DNA from: Octopus sinensis
Lineage: Eukaryota
Length of the DNA stretch: 64,000 nucleotides
Direction of reading: 5' to 3'
NCBI RefSeq assembly: GCF_006345805.1
Contig: NC_043006.1
Location: forward strand, 35,774,001-35,838,000
Positions within the stretch are counted from its first letter, which is position 1, and each line of letters starts with the position of its first letter. Positions 27,880 through 40,499 of this stretch are shown here, in pieces. The position numbers were made by a program, and so were the translations under genes. The notes beneath the pieces are model-generated. The model was given only the letters and a program-made list of their open reading frames with translations. It did no database searches and was not told where the DNA came from.

Positions 27880-28222
27880 ATACAGCATGCCCGGCTGACA
27901 ACAAGGTATGTGATAAGGAAGAAGAAAAGTTGAGAGATATGACAGGTTAGCTTGGGAGGTTAAGCAGTTGTGGTCGAGGAAAAAGGTAGCAGCAGTACCA
28001 ATAATTGATGGAGCCCTGGGAACAGTGAGCAAACATTTCGAGAAGTACGTGGAACAAATAGGGGCTACAATAAGGGTGGAGCACTTGAAGAAAACAGCAC
28101 TGCTTGGAATCGCTCGAATACTCCGGAAGGTGCTCGGAAAATAAGGGGTGTTACCTTAGTTCACTGGTAGTGAACAGCTGACAACGTAGTACATCTACAG
28201 CTTTAGAAGCTGTACAAAGGCA
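27880..28222 (+). mobile_element. R4/Dong-clade 3' fragment in (AAT)n
   Basis: KVERYDRLAWEVKQLW..VPIIDGALGTV..LKKTALLGIARILRKVL; (AAT)n on both sides. Confidence 0.8.
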
Positions 28223-28757
28223 ATGATAATAATAATGATTTTAAAAATGTTGTTGATGATGATGATGATGATGATGATGATGACGACGACGATAGACTTT
28301 ACACGATACTCCGGAAAAAAAAAACAAAATCAAGTTTAAAAAAGAAATGTTACAGAAATAAGTTATGATGTCACTGCTAATAATATCGCGTAAATATGAA
28401 GAAAGTATTTGTTCATACATCATTTTTAGGTAAGAATTCAATGAGTCGGAAAAAGCATTTATATTTAGAACATTATTTTGATTCGATACAATGAGTGAAA
28501 GCGAGTGGACACTTGTATAGACACACGCACACACACACAGGCACACGCGCGCATAATGACACACGTATTGACTCATGTTTCTAGTCACAAAATATGTCCT
28601 CAGAGACACCAGAAGTATTAATACATTTGTATTAAAATCGTGACTGATAAAATAAGTACCAAGCTTAGAAAAAAACGTATTGCAGTCGATTTATTCAACT
28701 AAATATTGTTCAAGGCGGTGCGCGAGCATGGTCGCTCTCTAATGACTGAAACAAGTA

Positions 28758-28794
<37 letters not shown>

Positions 28795-28796
<2 letters not shown>

Positions 28797-29075
28797 CAGC
28801 GGATTCGCGGTCGTGGGATCGCGGTTTCGATTCCCAGACCGGGCGTTGTGAGTGTTTATTGAGCGAAAACACCTAAAAACTCCACGAGTCTCCAGCAGGG
28901 GGTGGTGATCCCTGCTGTACTCTTTCACCACTCTTTCTCCCACTCTTTCTTCTGTTGGCCTGCTCGCTTAGCCAGCGGGGTGGCGTCATTCGAAGGCTAA
29001 AACAATGCGAATGCATTGTGACCAGCGATGTGTAACTACATCTGATGGACTGGTCGGTCACGTGATCACGTGATA
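28795..29075 (+). mobile_element. tRNA-derived SINE family C
   Basis: GCAGCGGATTCGCGGTCGTGGGATCGCGGTTTCGATTCCCAGACCGGG head, related to 60707-61008. Confidence 0.75.
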
Positions 29076-30024
29076 TATATATATATATATATTATACATA
29101 GATATATAATTCTTTTTGAAAATGCTGCATCTCGAAGCAGAGGAAGCTATAAATAAAAGTTTAATAATATTGGGTAACAAACACTTTGAATAGAAAAAGT
29201 GGTAAGCTACCCGTGTGACGCGAACCCACATCACCTATAAATATGACAAGCGTCTTACCACTGCTCCACAACAATCTTTCGAATGTTTCCATTTTAGAAA
29301 CCTTTATTCTTACCAGTCTTGTTTACAATAGATGAAGGTACCTGTTCCACGGCCAGCCTTCGAATTTTCTCTCCAAAAGGTTTTTAATCCAATATTCACA
29401 CGCTATTGTTTATAGTATTATTTGCTTTGAGATCCATCGTTCCAAAAACAAGTACTTTTTTATTATTTCTGATATCATAAATTCCTATGATGTTAATACA
29501 GACACACACAGCACATATACATGTACGCATATGTATACACAGACACACACACACACACACACAGCACATATACATGTACGTATATGTATACACAGACACA
29601 CACACACACACACACAGACACACACATAAATATATATATATGTAAGTATGTATGTATTTATAGTCCGTTTTAACCAATGTTAATCGCATCCATACGGTTG
29701 CATATTGAGATGAACTACATTTACCAACATAAGTATGGATCTCCGAGCCACCAGAAACAGCTGTTGGACTTATAACACCTTTCTCCCACCCATTTACTTT
29801 TCACTGTCGTTTGTACTCTGTGTTAAAATAGATATCTCCATATTTATACTTAACAATTCATCATCTGGAAATCTCCATCTTTTGCTTTCTCTCGTTTCGC
29901 ATGTATATATGCATACATATTTTGTATTTCATACCTAAATTATTATATTTAATATATTTGATACATTTAAAGTGTCCAATTTCTTTATCCACATAATTAC
30001 CTATACACACACACACACACACAC

Positions 30025-30430
30025 ACGGCTTTCTTCTCTCAGCCGCTCAATCTTTTGCATCACTTTCTCTCTTTCATCTCTTTCTCTATCACAACATCTT
30101 TCTTCTCTCAGCCTCTCAATCTTCCTAAATATATAGACTCTCTCTCACTCTCTTCTTATCTTCTCTCAGCCGCTCAATCTATTGCATAACCTCCTCTCTT
30201 TCATTTCTTTCTCTCTCTGTCTCTTCACTTCTCTCCCTCACACCTCTTTCCTTGTCTCTTCACTTCTCCACCTCTCTCTGTCACACCATCCTTACTCTCT
30301 CAGCCTCTCAATTTTTCAAAATATACAGACGCGAACTTTCTTCTCTTACTCTCTTCTTATCTTCTCTCAGCTCTCAATCTCTCTAAATACATAGACACTT
30401 TCTTTCTCTATTTCTTCTCTAACCTCTATC
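30025..30430. repeat. Pyrimidine-rich degenerate minisatellite
   Basis: Recurring TTCTCTCAGCC(G/T)CTCAATCT unit, ~5 copies. Confidence 0.7.
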
Positions 30431-30479
30431 GCACTATTAAATTTTAAATATAATTAGATAGATAAATAAATAAAACATC

Positions 30480-33400
30480 CAAAATGTCTAGAACCTGGAG
30501 AAATAACGAATTGGCCGATGGAGATAATCCGAACAACATAATTACAGCTGCGCTGAAGAGCAGTGGATATAAAAGGACGAAAGCACAGATAGAGCGAAAA
30601 AAGCAGGAGTTTATACGCTCCTATGCACTCATAAGATCTCACATTGGCACGAACAAAGTAAAGACGGCAAGGATGGAGGCGCGGGCGCTGATGAAATATG
30701 TCACCCTCACTTGGTAGACACCCAGGACAGCAACAAAGAAGATCCAGGTGAGAAAACTGCCCGGGAAGTAAACCCAAGTGCAAGTGTTCCTACCAGCACC
30801 AAAAGCCAAAGCCAAAACCATGGAGATGGGAGTCGCAGATGGGACTATACACAAGACCGCCACAGCAAATAGACCCAAGGTGGACACCGCCGGCAACAGT
30901 ATACACCTCACCTCGATGCTCCTACCGAACATCAGAGGACTGCTAACACTCAGTAATAGGACAAGAATCCCGTTCTTGAGAGACTTTGTTGCATGCAATC
31001 AAGCCTTATGCATAGCACTTAAGGAAACACACCTGAAACTGGACATAACAGAAGCGGAAATACACATACCACAGTATGTTGTACTACGGACCGACAGAAA
31101 AGAAAGGAGTCGTGGAGGAGTTGCTATGTACATCCGCGAGGACCTCACACCCCAGGTCCTTTTGTCATACTCAAATTCGGTGTGTGACACACTAATTGTA
31201 CATATAAGGCAACTTGGTGTAGTTATATGTGCTACATATCGCCCTCCAGATGCCCCAAGCTATGTAGGCAAGTTTGAAGACTGCCTTATAAAAATAGAAG
31301 TTTTGTCACAGAACAACACATAAGTGTACTTCTTATGGGAGACTTCAATCTACCCAATGTCAGATGGCCCGAGGGCCTTTCTCTCCCAGGAATGACACGA
31401 TGTGAACGAGGACAGGCGAGGTCCCTCCTGAACCTCATCAACACTCTGTACATGGAGCAAGTAATACTCAAACCAACCAGGGCAGGTAACATACTGGATT
31501 TCTGCTTCACAAATAATATGGATCTCATCCATAATGTGAAAGTGACGCCGACACTACTCTCGGATCACAATATGGTAGAGCTGACCATGTGCGGGCCAAA
31601 GGAAAGCATGGACATGCAGCCTACAAGAAACTCTCAGAATCATTCCAGCTTGAACTTCCATAAGGCAAACTGGAAATAAATTGAGAAAGAGATCCTCAAA
31701 CAAAACTGGCCTGAATGTCTATCCTCGCCAGACATCGACATGAAGCTTCAACAATTCATGTCTGTAATGCAAGCCATATGCTACAAATGTGTCCCAGAGA
31801 GAAAGGCCACTGTACAAAAGAGCAAAATCCCCAGAGAGAGGAAAATTCTAATGAGACGGCGTACAAAAGTTTCAAATCGGCTAAACAAACAAATTGAAAG
31901 CAGTGAAAAGTCCCGCCTGAAAATAAAATTGTTGGAAATTGAAAAATGTCTGCAACTCTCCCATGAAAAAGAAAGAGCAGACAAAGAAGCCTGGGCTATA
32001 GACAACATAACATCTAACCCCAGAGCTTTCTACAGGTATGCCAAAGAAACAGCTACCAATGAGGGTAAGTGAAATACTAAATGAGCAATTCAAGAGTATG
32101 TTCACTCCACCCCTAGGGCATTTTCAAGTCAGCAATTCAATTGACTTCTTTACCACTGCAGATATAAAATCGGAGGCAGCGATTATTGATTACATCAATA
32201 TAAAGGAAGACGATGTAATAAAGGCTATTGATGAAATGAAAACAAACTCAGCTACTGGCCCCGATGGATTCCCAGCAATCCTTCTAAAAGTATGTAAGAG
32301 AGTCCTAGGAAGACCACTGCAGTTCCTCTTTCAGAGCTTCCTTGCAACTGGCAAACTTCCAAGAAAACTGAAGGAAGGTAAAATATGCCCTATTCATAAA
32401 TGAGGTAGCAGAGCGGAGGCCAAGAACTACAGACTTATCTCTCTGACCTCACACATCAGCAAGGTCATGGAACGAATAGTCAGAAGGAAACTAATCACCT
32501 TCCTTGAAGAAAATGACTTGCTGCCTGACACCCAACATGGTTTCCGACCAGGAAGAAGCTGCTTAACTCAGCTCCTACAACACTATGACTGGGTGCTGAA
32601 ACGACTGCTCAACCACTCAAATGTGGAAGTGATATATCTCGATTTTGCAAAGGCCTTTGATAAAGTCGATCATGGAATGATATATCACAAACTGCGTGAT
32701 CTTGGCATAGTCGGAAAATTGGGAGAATGGCTTCATGACTTTCTGAAGGATAAAAGTCAGGTGGTAGTAGCCAATGGGGCCACTTCCATTAACACGCAAA
32801 TAGTGAGGGGTGTTCCGCAAGGCACTGTTCTGGGACCACTACTGTTCATAATGGCCCTCTCAGACATGCCCTCAGCCACGCAGAGAGCCACGATCACAAG
32901 TTATGCAGATGATACAAAGTTTCACAGGCGATACAGAACCCTGAAGACACTAAGCACTGCAATGTGAGCTGGACAAAATATACAAGTAGGCTGAAAAGAA
33001 TAGCAGCAGTTCAATGCTGCTGAAACGTTTCAGAATTTTTATACTATCAGCATGCAAAACTAAATGCAATACCCAATAAATACACTGGACCTGGAGGGAC
33101 TGCAATCCCAGAGGCACAATCAGTGCGAGACCTGGGTATTTACATGAGTGATAATGCAACCTTCCATGTGCATGTTGCTAAATTGGCAATGAAATGTAGG
33201 CGGCTGACCGGATGGATTCTTAGAATCTTTAGAACAAGAGACCAGGAAACCATGATGGTCCTCTGGAGGACACTTGTCCTAAGCCATTTAGACTATTTCT
33301 CTCAGCTATGGTCACCATCCAATGTCAAGTTAATCACAGAACTTGAGGCGATCCAACGAAGCTACACGAAGAAGTTAGCCTCTGTGCAGCATATAAGCTA

Positions 33401-33895
33401 TTGGGAAAGACTCAAGAGATTGAGACTCTATTCCTTAGAGCGTAGGCGAGAAAAATATGGCATAATATACTTCTGGAAGATCCTAGAAGGACTCGTCTCA
33501 AACTTTGGCATCGAGAGTTACACAAATACCAGAACTGGGCGCCACTGCATAGTGCCAAGGACTCCAAATTTGCCATCAAGATGTAGGACAAGATACTGTG
33601 AGGCTCACAGCTCTTCAATATTCTCCCGAAGAACCTAAGAGACCTGCATGGGGTGGATGCAGATGTCTTTAAAATGAAACTGGATCTCTTCTTGTCAGGT
33701 GTCCCAGATGAACGAACTTCACGGCAGGAGGTGCAGATGAGGGCAGCTGCATCGAACTCACTCATGCACCAGATGGCATTTGCTAAAAAGCATTCGTGAA
33801 GTAAAATCATATAGCAACACCAAATGGCGGTGCCCCAGCATGGCCACAGCTTATGAGGTGAAACTAAATAAAATAAAATAAAATAAAATAAAAAT
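30480..33895 (+). mobile_element. CR1/L2-like LINE with AP endonuclease and RT, frameshifted
   Basis: NIRGL..IALKETHL..RTDRKERSRGGVAMY..YRPP..GDFNLP..ILDFCFTN..SDH; SATGPDG; QHGFRPGRSCLTQLL..YLDFAKAFDKVDH..GVPQGTVLGPLLF..YADD; (TAAAA)n tail. Confidence 0.92.
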
Positions 33896-33924
33896 AAACA
33901 CACACACACACATATATATATATT

Positions 33925-34240
33925 AGTAGCACTCCGTCGGTTACTACGACGAGGGTCCCAGCTGATACGATCAACGGAACAGCTTGCTCGTGAAATTAAC
34001 GTGCAAGTGACTGAGCAATCCACAGACACGAGTACCCTTAACGTAGTTCTCGGGGAGATTCAGCGTGACACAGAATGTGACAAGGCCGGCCCTTTGAAAT
34101 ACAGGTGCAACTCATTTTTGCCAGCTGAGTAAACTGGAGCAATGTGAAATAAAGTGTCTTGCTCAAGGACACAACGCATCGCCGGGAATCAAACTCACGA
34201 CCTTACAATCGTCAGTCGAATGCCCTAACCACTAAGCCAC
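33925..34240 (-). mobile_element. tRNA-derived SINE family D
   Basis: Minus strand TGGCTTAGTGGTTAGGGCATTCG..GAGTTTGATTCCCGG..GTGTCCTTGAGCAAGACAC; decayed relatives at ~22560-22780, 55700-55860 and 57585-57850. Confidence 0.8.
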
Positions 34241-34414
34241 AATTAATAAGACGAATGACCACTAAAGTGGATTCCTATATGCTAAAAATGGATGTTTGTA
34301 ATATAATTTACAATTGTAATATAATTTTAAAATCTTCGGACTTTTTTGAATATGCTAGACCACGGGTTTAAATTTAAGTTAAGAAATTGATATCAATTTC
34401 TACCCTCATTATCT

Positions 34415-34447
<33 letters not shown>

Positions 34448-34501
34448 ATTGGTGAATTGAAGAAATGGAGCTGAACGCAGATTGAACAGAAATCGTTTTA
34501 T

Positions 34502-34588
34502 TTCATTCTACACGTGTTTCGAAAGGCACAAATTACCAAAATCCGATTGAATAATGGGACCATATTGTGTCTTTCTCTTCAGGAAGAA
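34502..34588 (-). ncRNA. Type I hammerhead ribozyme (Penelope-associated type)
   Basis: TTCTTC-CTGAAGA-GAAAGACACAA..TTGTGCCTTTC-GAAA-CACGTG-TA-GAATGAA: full core, 10/11-bp stem II, palindromic stem III, GUA site. Confidence 0.8.
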
Positions 34589-35099
34589 AAAAGGAAATCC
34601 GTTGGAAAAACAGAACAGAGGCGGAGCAAAAAACAAATCGAACTGTGCTCCTAAGAGCCCATGGCGAAACTGTTTATCAGTGTATGTTGAGAACCGGTGG
34701 CTGAAGAATTCAACGGGTCAGGCATCGGTCAATCATGTGGGTGAGGGTGTATAGATGTTCTTTGTGACCGAGAATAAAGTTCTGACTATTTAAGGAATAT
34801 TGGATGTTTTATAAGGGGCGAGAAAAAATCTACCTAGAGACGTGTGTGTGTGTATACTGTTCTATATATGTGTGTGTTGGCGTAGGGGTAGAAAACATTT
34901 TTTGTGTACGTGTGTGCGTTTGATCGTTCGGCTGTCAGTGGTTACTGCCGGGATAACCGTTGGGTGGCAGAAAGAAAAAAATAAAAAAATATATATATAT
35001 TATGTTTTATTGTGTGTGTGTGTTCATCTAAGCCTGCCTTATCAAGGAAACCCCCGCTGTGAAAAAAACCAAGCCCCGTTTGTCTTACAGGAGTAATTC

Positions 35100-37405
35100 C
35101 CCTTGCAGTGGTTAATCGTAGATATCTTAAAGGCTATTTCAGAATTTGTTACCAAGGGCTATGGGTGCCGGTATTATTATTTATAAACGCTATTAAAGGC
35201 CAGATAAGTGTACCGCCGCCAATGGGGGCATCGAAAAGCCGACTGTAAGAGCCCCGTTACCATCCGGCCTCTGGCAAACAAAATATGGAAGAGTTCGGAG
35301 ACACAAAGGTTGCACTNNNNNNNNNNNNNNNNNNNNNNNNNNNNNNNNNNNNNNNNNNNNNNNNNNNNNNNNNNNNNNNNNNNNNNNNNNNNNNNNNNNN
35401 NNNNNNNNNNNNNNNNCTTGCTTCCTGGATCTACTAAGACGTTTTGAGCTGGTAGATCCATATAGACTGGAACATCCGGACGCTCCATTGTGGACATGGT
35501 CAAGCAGCGACGGATCGTCCAGGTCATACATAGACAGGATATTAATTAGGAAGGTAGATAGAAACCTAGTTAAGAATCCACAGCTCCACATAGTCAGGTA
35601 CAGTGACCACAAGATGGTCACCTGTAGGCTAGACGTAGATAAGATAAATAGAGGTCCTGGTTACTGGAAACTTAATACGTCCCTTTTGGCGATTAAGAAG
35701 TACAGTGACAGGATTAGGTTAATGATCCAGAGGGCCATGACCGGTTCCATCATCAACAACAAATGGTGGTATGCCCTCAGGCGAGCCATAAAATATGAGT
35801 ATTAGGTATAGTACAAATCTTGTAGCTAGAGAGGCTAGGAAGGAAACTACACTAGTTAAGGACTTAGAAGAAGAAATGCGAACTGGCAATGCAGCGCAGG
35901 TGAGGGTCAAGAGACTGGTTCTTAACCAGCACCTCGAAGCCAAACACATGGGTTGTATTGTCAGGGCTAGACAACGTACAATGGGGTGCGAAGGAATCAA
36001 GGCTGCAGGATGGGCCCGAGTGGTGGAAGCCCAACGTGGCAACGATGCTACAATTCGATCTCTGACGAACCAACAGAGTAAGTTGACAGACGAGCCCTAG
36101 GAGATGTGTTAAGCTTTTCAGAACCACTTCGCCCAGCTCTTTGGGGAGGGGGACCGTATAGGAGGAGGGGCCTAACGGACCTCCTCGAAGGGCTGCCGCG
36201 CCTCTCGGGGCAGGACGCGAAGTGTAGTGAGGAGCCGATCACACCTGAGGAGGTAGTAGAGGCCATGGCAGACTGCGGTGCAGGTAAGGCGCCGGGACTG
36301 GATGGTCTGCCGTACGAGCTTTATAAAAGGATGCCGGACTTGTTCGGGGACTTACTGGCGATCGTCTACGCAAACTGGCAGCAGAATGGGTTTATTCCCA
36401 GATCTGTGCGCCAGGGAGTGGTGACACTAGTCAGGAAGGACCCGAGCAAGGGGGATGTCATTGATAATTTTAGGCCCATCACTCTGCTTAACGCAGAGCT
36501 GAAGATTTTGGCCAAAGTGTTATCGAACAGATTGGCGCGTGTCGCGAATGGACTGATTGGGAAGGCGCAAACGTGCGCCGTACCGGGCAGATCCATTGAG
36601 GATAATCTCCATCTTATTAGATACACGATAGAGGGAATGAATAACAATCCCGGCAAGGGAGGGGCAGTGGTCCATTTAGACCAGTCAAAAGCTTTCGATA
36701 GGGTCGACCATCATTACCTGGTGTCCGTTCTGGCTCAGTTCGGCCTGGGTCTTGGCTTCCTCAGGTGGATCATAGAAATGTACGACAACGTCGACTCAGT
36801 AGTTCGGGTGAACGGCTTTCTTTCTAAGCCGTTCAAGGTCAAACGCCCGGTCCGAGGCAACCAGGACGTGATATGTCGGTTTCGGCGTACGCGGATGACA
36901 TTACTATCATCGTGACCGAAGTGGACCTCCTACGTAAAGTAGGCAAGGCCATAGAGGTTTACGAGACGGTGACAGGAGCAAAAGTTAATCGTGAAAAGTC
37001 GGTCGGCTTGCAACTCGGGACCTGGAGAGGCAAGTCGATGCCTCCAGACAGCGTCGTGGGACGTTGGACGGAGGGCCCGATTAAGTTGCTCGGGGTTTGG
37101 TTTGGTCCAGACCTCCAAATAGAGAAGAACTGGAGCGAGGTATCGAGCAAGGTGGCTGCAGTAGCCAAGAGTTGGTCTTGGCGGTGGTTATCCTTGAAAG
37201 GTAGGGCGGAGGTAGCCAATGTGTTTATCGCGTCGGTGATCACCTACCGCCTTGCCGTCGTGCTTTGCCCGGATTCGTGGTTGATCAAGTTGGAGAGACA
37301 GCTCTTTCACTTCTTTTGGAAGGGCTCGAAACCACTTGTGAGACGCTCTATTTGTTGTCAAAAACCGTTAAAGCGTGGACTAGGGATGCCGTGGTTAATG
37401 ATGCA
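35100..37405 (+). mobile_element. Tx1/L1-clade LINE (ORF1 knuckle remnant, gap, ORF2 APE end plus RT)
   Basis: GHRKADC knuckle remnant before the gap; WTW..SYIDRILI..SDH..GPGYWKLNTSLL; KAPGLDGLPYE..NFRPITLLNAELKILAK..LDQSKAFDRVDH; AYADD; LSLKGR. Confidence 0.9.
35317..35416. other. Assembly gap (100 N)
   Basis: Run of n. Confidence 1.
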
Positions 37406-37407
37406 CA

Positions 37408-37505
37408 GAAAACTTTCATCAAAACTTTGAAAAGTTTTTTGAAAACTTTCATCAAAATTTTGAAATGTTTTTTGAAAGTTTTCATCAAAATTTTTGAAAA
37501 TATTT
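37408..37505. repeat. ~33-bp tandem repeat x3 at the LINE truncation point
   Basis: GAAAACTTTCATCAAAA(C/T)TTTGAAA..TTTTTT repeated. Confidence 0.75.
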
Positions 37506-37595
37506 CTAATAATATTTCTGAGAGAGAGATAGATAGATAGAGAGAGTGAGAAGGAGGGAGGTAGTACACTAACATTTCTTTAAAGTAAAAGCTAA

Positions 37596-37761
37596 TTGCC
37601 AACATTAATATGGCTGTCCAGGAAGGGACGTTGTTACTGTTTATTAGCTCCAAGAAACATCGTTTCTAGCTGGCTATACGACATTATGTGTCCTCATTTC
37701 CGAACTGTGGGGGCTAATAAACAGAAACATTTCTCACAGGGCAGTCATATTATGTTGGCAA
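37596..37761. mobile_element. Second copy of the 976-1229 inverted-repeat element
   Basis: TTGCCAACAT..TATGTTGGCAA ends; shared CATCGT.TC.AGCTGGCTATACGAC core. Confidence 0.7.
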
Positions 37762-37799
37762 ATTGTACTTCATTGAAGTATTTACAAAAAGTATATCTT

Positions 37800-39810
37800 A
37801 TTTGTAGCTTAGTAACTATTGGGGAGCACTGCAAGACGGACAATTCACTTAAGGGTCTCAGTGAAAAAAACCGAGGCGGTGAAATAACACCCAAGAGGGA
37901 AGATGCCTATCCGAAAATATGGGCGGAGATTTTGTCTGTGATCGGCATAGATTTAGATGGACTTGTTTGGCAGGGATCCGGTGATTGAAAGCTAAATGCG
38001 TCTTTGCAGGAGTGCAAAGAAGTAGTGGAATAGGGAGTTAGCTGAGCAGACGTTGATAGGAACAATGACAGATTGTGGAAACACTGAATCAGTCAGGTTC
38101 AATATAAGTCTAGCAATAGAGGAAAACTGTGTTGCGGGAAACTCATTTAGAAAAGGGATTATGATGGACGAAATTGCAGCGAGATTATCCCATGGATATG
38201 GCCGGGGTTTCTACGGGCGAAATATTGCCATTCGGTTAATACGGCCTGTTGAAGTTCCACATTCATTTTCTATTGCAGATTAAAGCCGAGTAATGTCGGT
38301 GAAATTCTTGTGGATATCCAGGGCGACAAAAAACTCAGGCAGATAACTGGATAATTGGAAGACCAAAAGTTGATATATTTGCGATAGACTCGCATATACT
38401 GGATAGAAGAAGATCATGTCAAGAGATGTAAGTTCTTTATATCACTGAAAGCATGTAGGCCTACAGGGGTAACAAGAATAAGAAAACAGAAACCGTCCGG
38501 GTAACAAGGAAATGTTAATGTCTTTACTCCAAGTACAGTTACTAGGATATGATTTCTTCTAACAGGAATATGCTCGATAACAAGGGATGTAAGTAAACAA
38601 GAAGATATTAGACAGTAAGATATTAGACAGAAATGTTCTTACTTGAAGTAAGGATATTATATTTGTACAAGGAACACATACTCGAGTCTTCTCGGTAAGG
38701 TCAAGAGAACCATGTTTAAAAAGTTAATGAAAAAGATGTCTTTACATCAAATTGAGAAGTCATTGCAACTTTAAGCCATATCATTGTGATCAAGAACGAG
38801 TTATCCAAAATCCTACGTTATTTGCAGCTGAATAAATATTGGAAATGGTTGTCAGACGGATAATAATCTTCATAAGGGTCTCACTGAAAAACCAGAAACG
38901 GAGAAATGACAGACATCCAAGAGGGAATCTACAGTTGATAATGATCCTATTTTGAGGAAATTAAGTTCAGCCGACGAGTAATTGAACCCATTCTCAGTGG
39001 CAGGTCCCGATGGAATTACAGTTCGAGAAATCAAGTCCATGGACCCTATTATCCTCACTAACCTGTGCAACTGCTTGTTGCTGGCCGGCAAAGTTCCTGA
39101 TATCCTGAAGCAGGAAATCCGTCCTGATTCGGAAAAGGACAGATGATGCCATGGACATCTCTAATTGTTGACCATTGACGATATTGTCCGCGGCTTGTCG
39201 TCCATTTTCGAGACTGTTTCAGGTAATTCCCTGAATCCTTTAACAGGGATTCATTAAGACTGACGGCTACAGCGTGAATTCTTTTGTCTTACGGCAGCTT
39301 GTCAGGCGAGCGATGGGGAGGTCAGCACGTACGACAATATCGCGACTGGAAGTCGCTTCCATAGACCTAGTAAATGCCTTCAACACGGTCCCACACTTAC
39401 TCGTGTATGCGGGGCTTCCAAGGCTTGGCTTCCACGAGCACCTAATAAGGCTCGTGGAAGGGGTATATGAAGGCAGCACACTCAGATTCTCAGATGGGGG
39501 CCAATTAAACGATTCCGTCGAGATTCGACGTGGTATTAGGCAGGAGGATGCGCTCTCGCCCATCCTCTTTAACATTGCCACCGGATCGGTGGCAATGCTG
39601 AGGGGGCTTATGGTGGCAGGCCTCGCGTACGCTGACGATTTGGTGCAAGTGTCGAGCTTCAGGCTCTTATTGATAGATGTCTGGAGTTATATCGTACGGT
39701 CTGGAGTTCTGTCGGTAGTGCGCCGGGGCAAGTCCTACCTTATCAATGATGACACTCCGCCGAGTCTCGATGGAATCGCTTTGCGTAAAGTCCAGCCGGG
39801 AGATTAAGTG
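37800..39810 (+). mobile_element. Decayed R2-like retrotransposon fragments (pre-RT region twice, then RT)
   Basis: AGPDGI..LTNLCNCLLLAGKVPDILK; SIDLVNAFNTVPH..RRGIRQEDALSPILFNI..LAYADDLV; pre-RT segment repeated at ~37800, ~38820 and ~43590. Confidence 0.8.
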
Positions 39811-40499
39811 TCCTATGTGAGACTTGTCGTGGTAGGAGCTGCGTTGGTAGGTGAACCATACCGGAGTGGCCCTCCAGCATATGGACGAACCAAGTTTGTC
39901 CCACACTCCCAAATCAGTTCCGTAAATCGAGAGACATAGCTGGAACTGGGCGGTATGGAGGAGTTATGCAGGTCCTCGAAATCGTAAGGGACGGCCGCTT
40001 CGATTTTTTCTGGGTTCTGGGTGATGTTACCTGAGCTCCTGCTGGCCAACTGGTCTCGAGGCATGCTTGAGCGGCTAGCCTTTCATGTAGTCTGTGGTGT
40101 ACAAACATTGTGTTGTTGTTGGGGTAGGAGTCACGGTGTATGGGTGGGTCTGTTCGGTTGTATGCGGCTTTCTAGGATCGGATGTTCTGTAAGGTGAGTA
40201 GCTTGCTACTTGGCGCGGAACGCCGAGGGTTCCGGTGAGGTGTATCGCTGGAGTGCAAGCGGTGTCGTGGCCGCGTTCGGATGGTGGTACTTTCTTCGAG
40301 AGTGCCCTGTTGTCTCTCGGTAGGTCTAACCGTATCCAGACGACCAGTCCCACTAGGAAATACTTCGCATTTTATGAGAAATGAAAGAATCTTACAGAAT
40401 CATACAGCAGCCGGGTGCCGTGAAAGCAGTGGTTTCGGAGTCTGAGAGGGCTCACTGGTCAGTCAAGGCATACAACTCGTACATGTTAGGACGAAATGC

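Noticed and set aside
39813-40353. Minus-strand ORFs between the R2 fragments as a gene
   Set aside because: Short and frame-broken; at most a weak resemblance to a LINE ORF1 remnant
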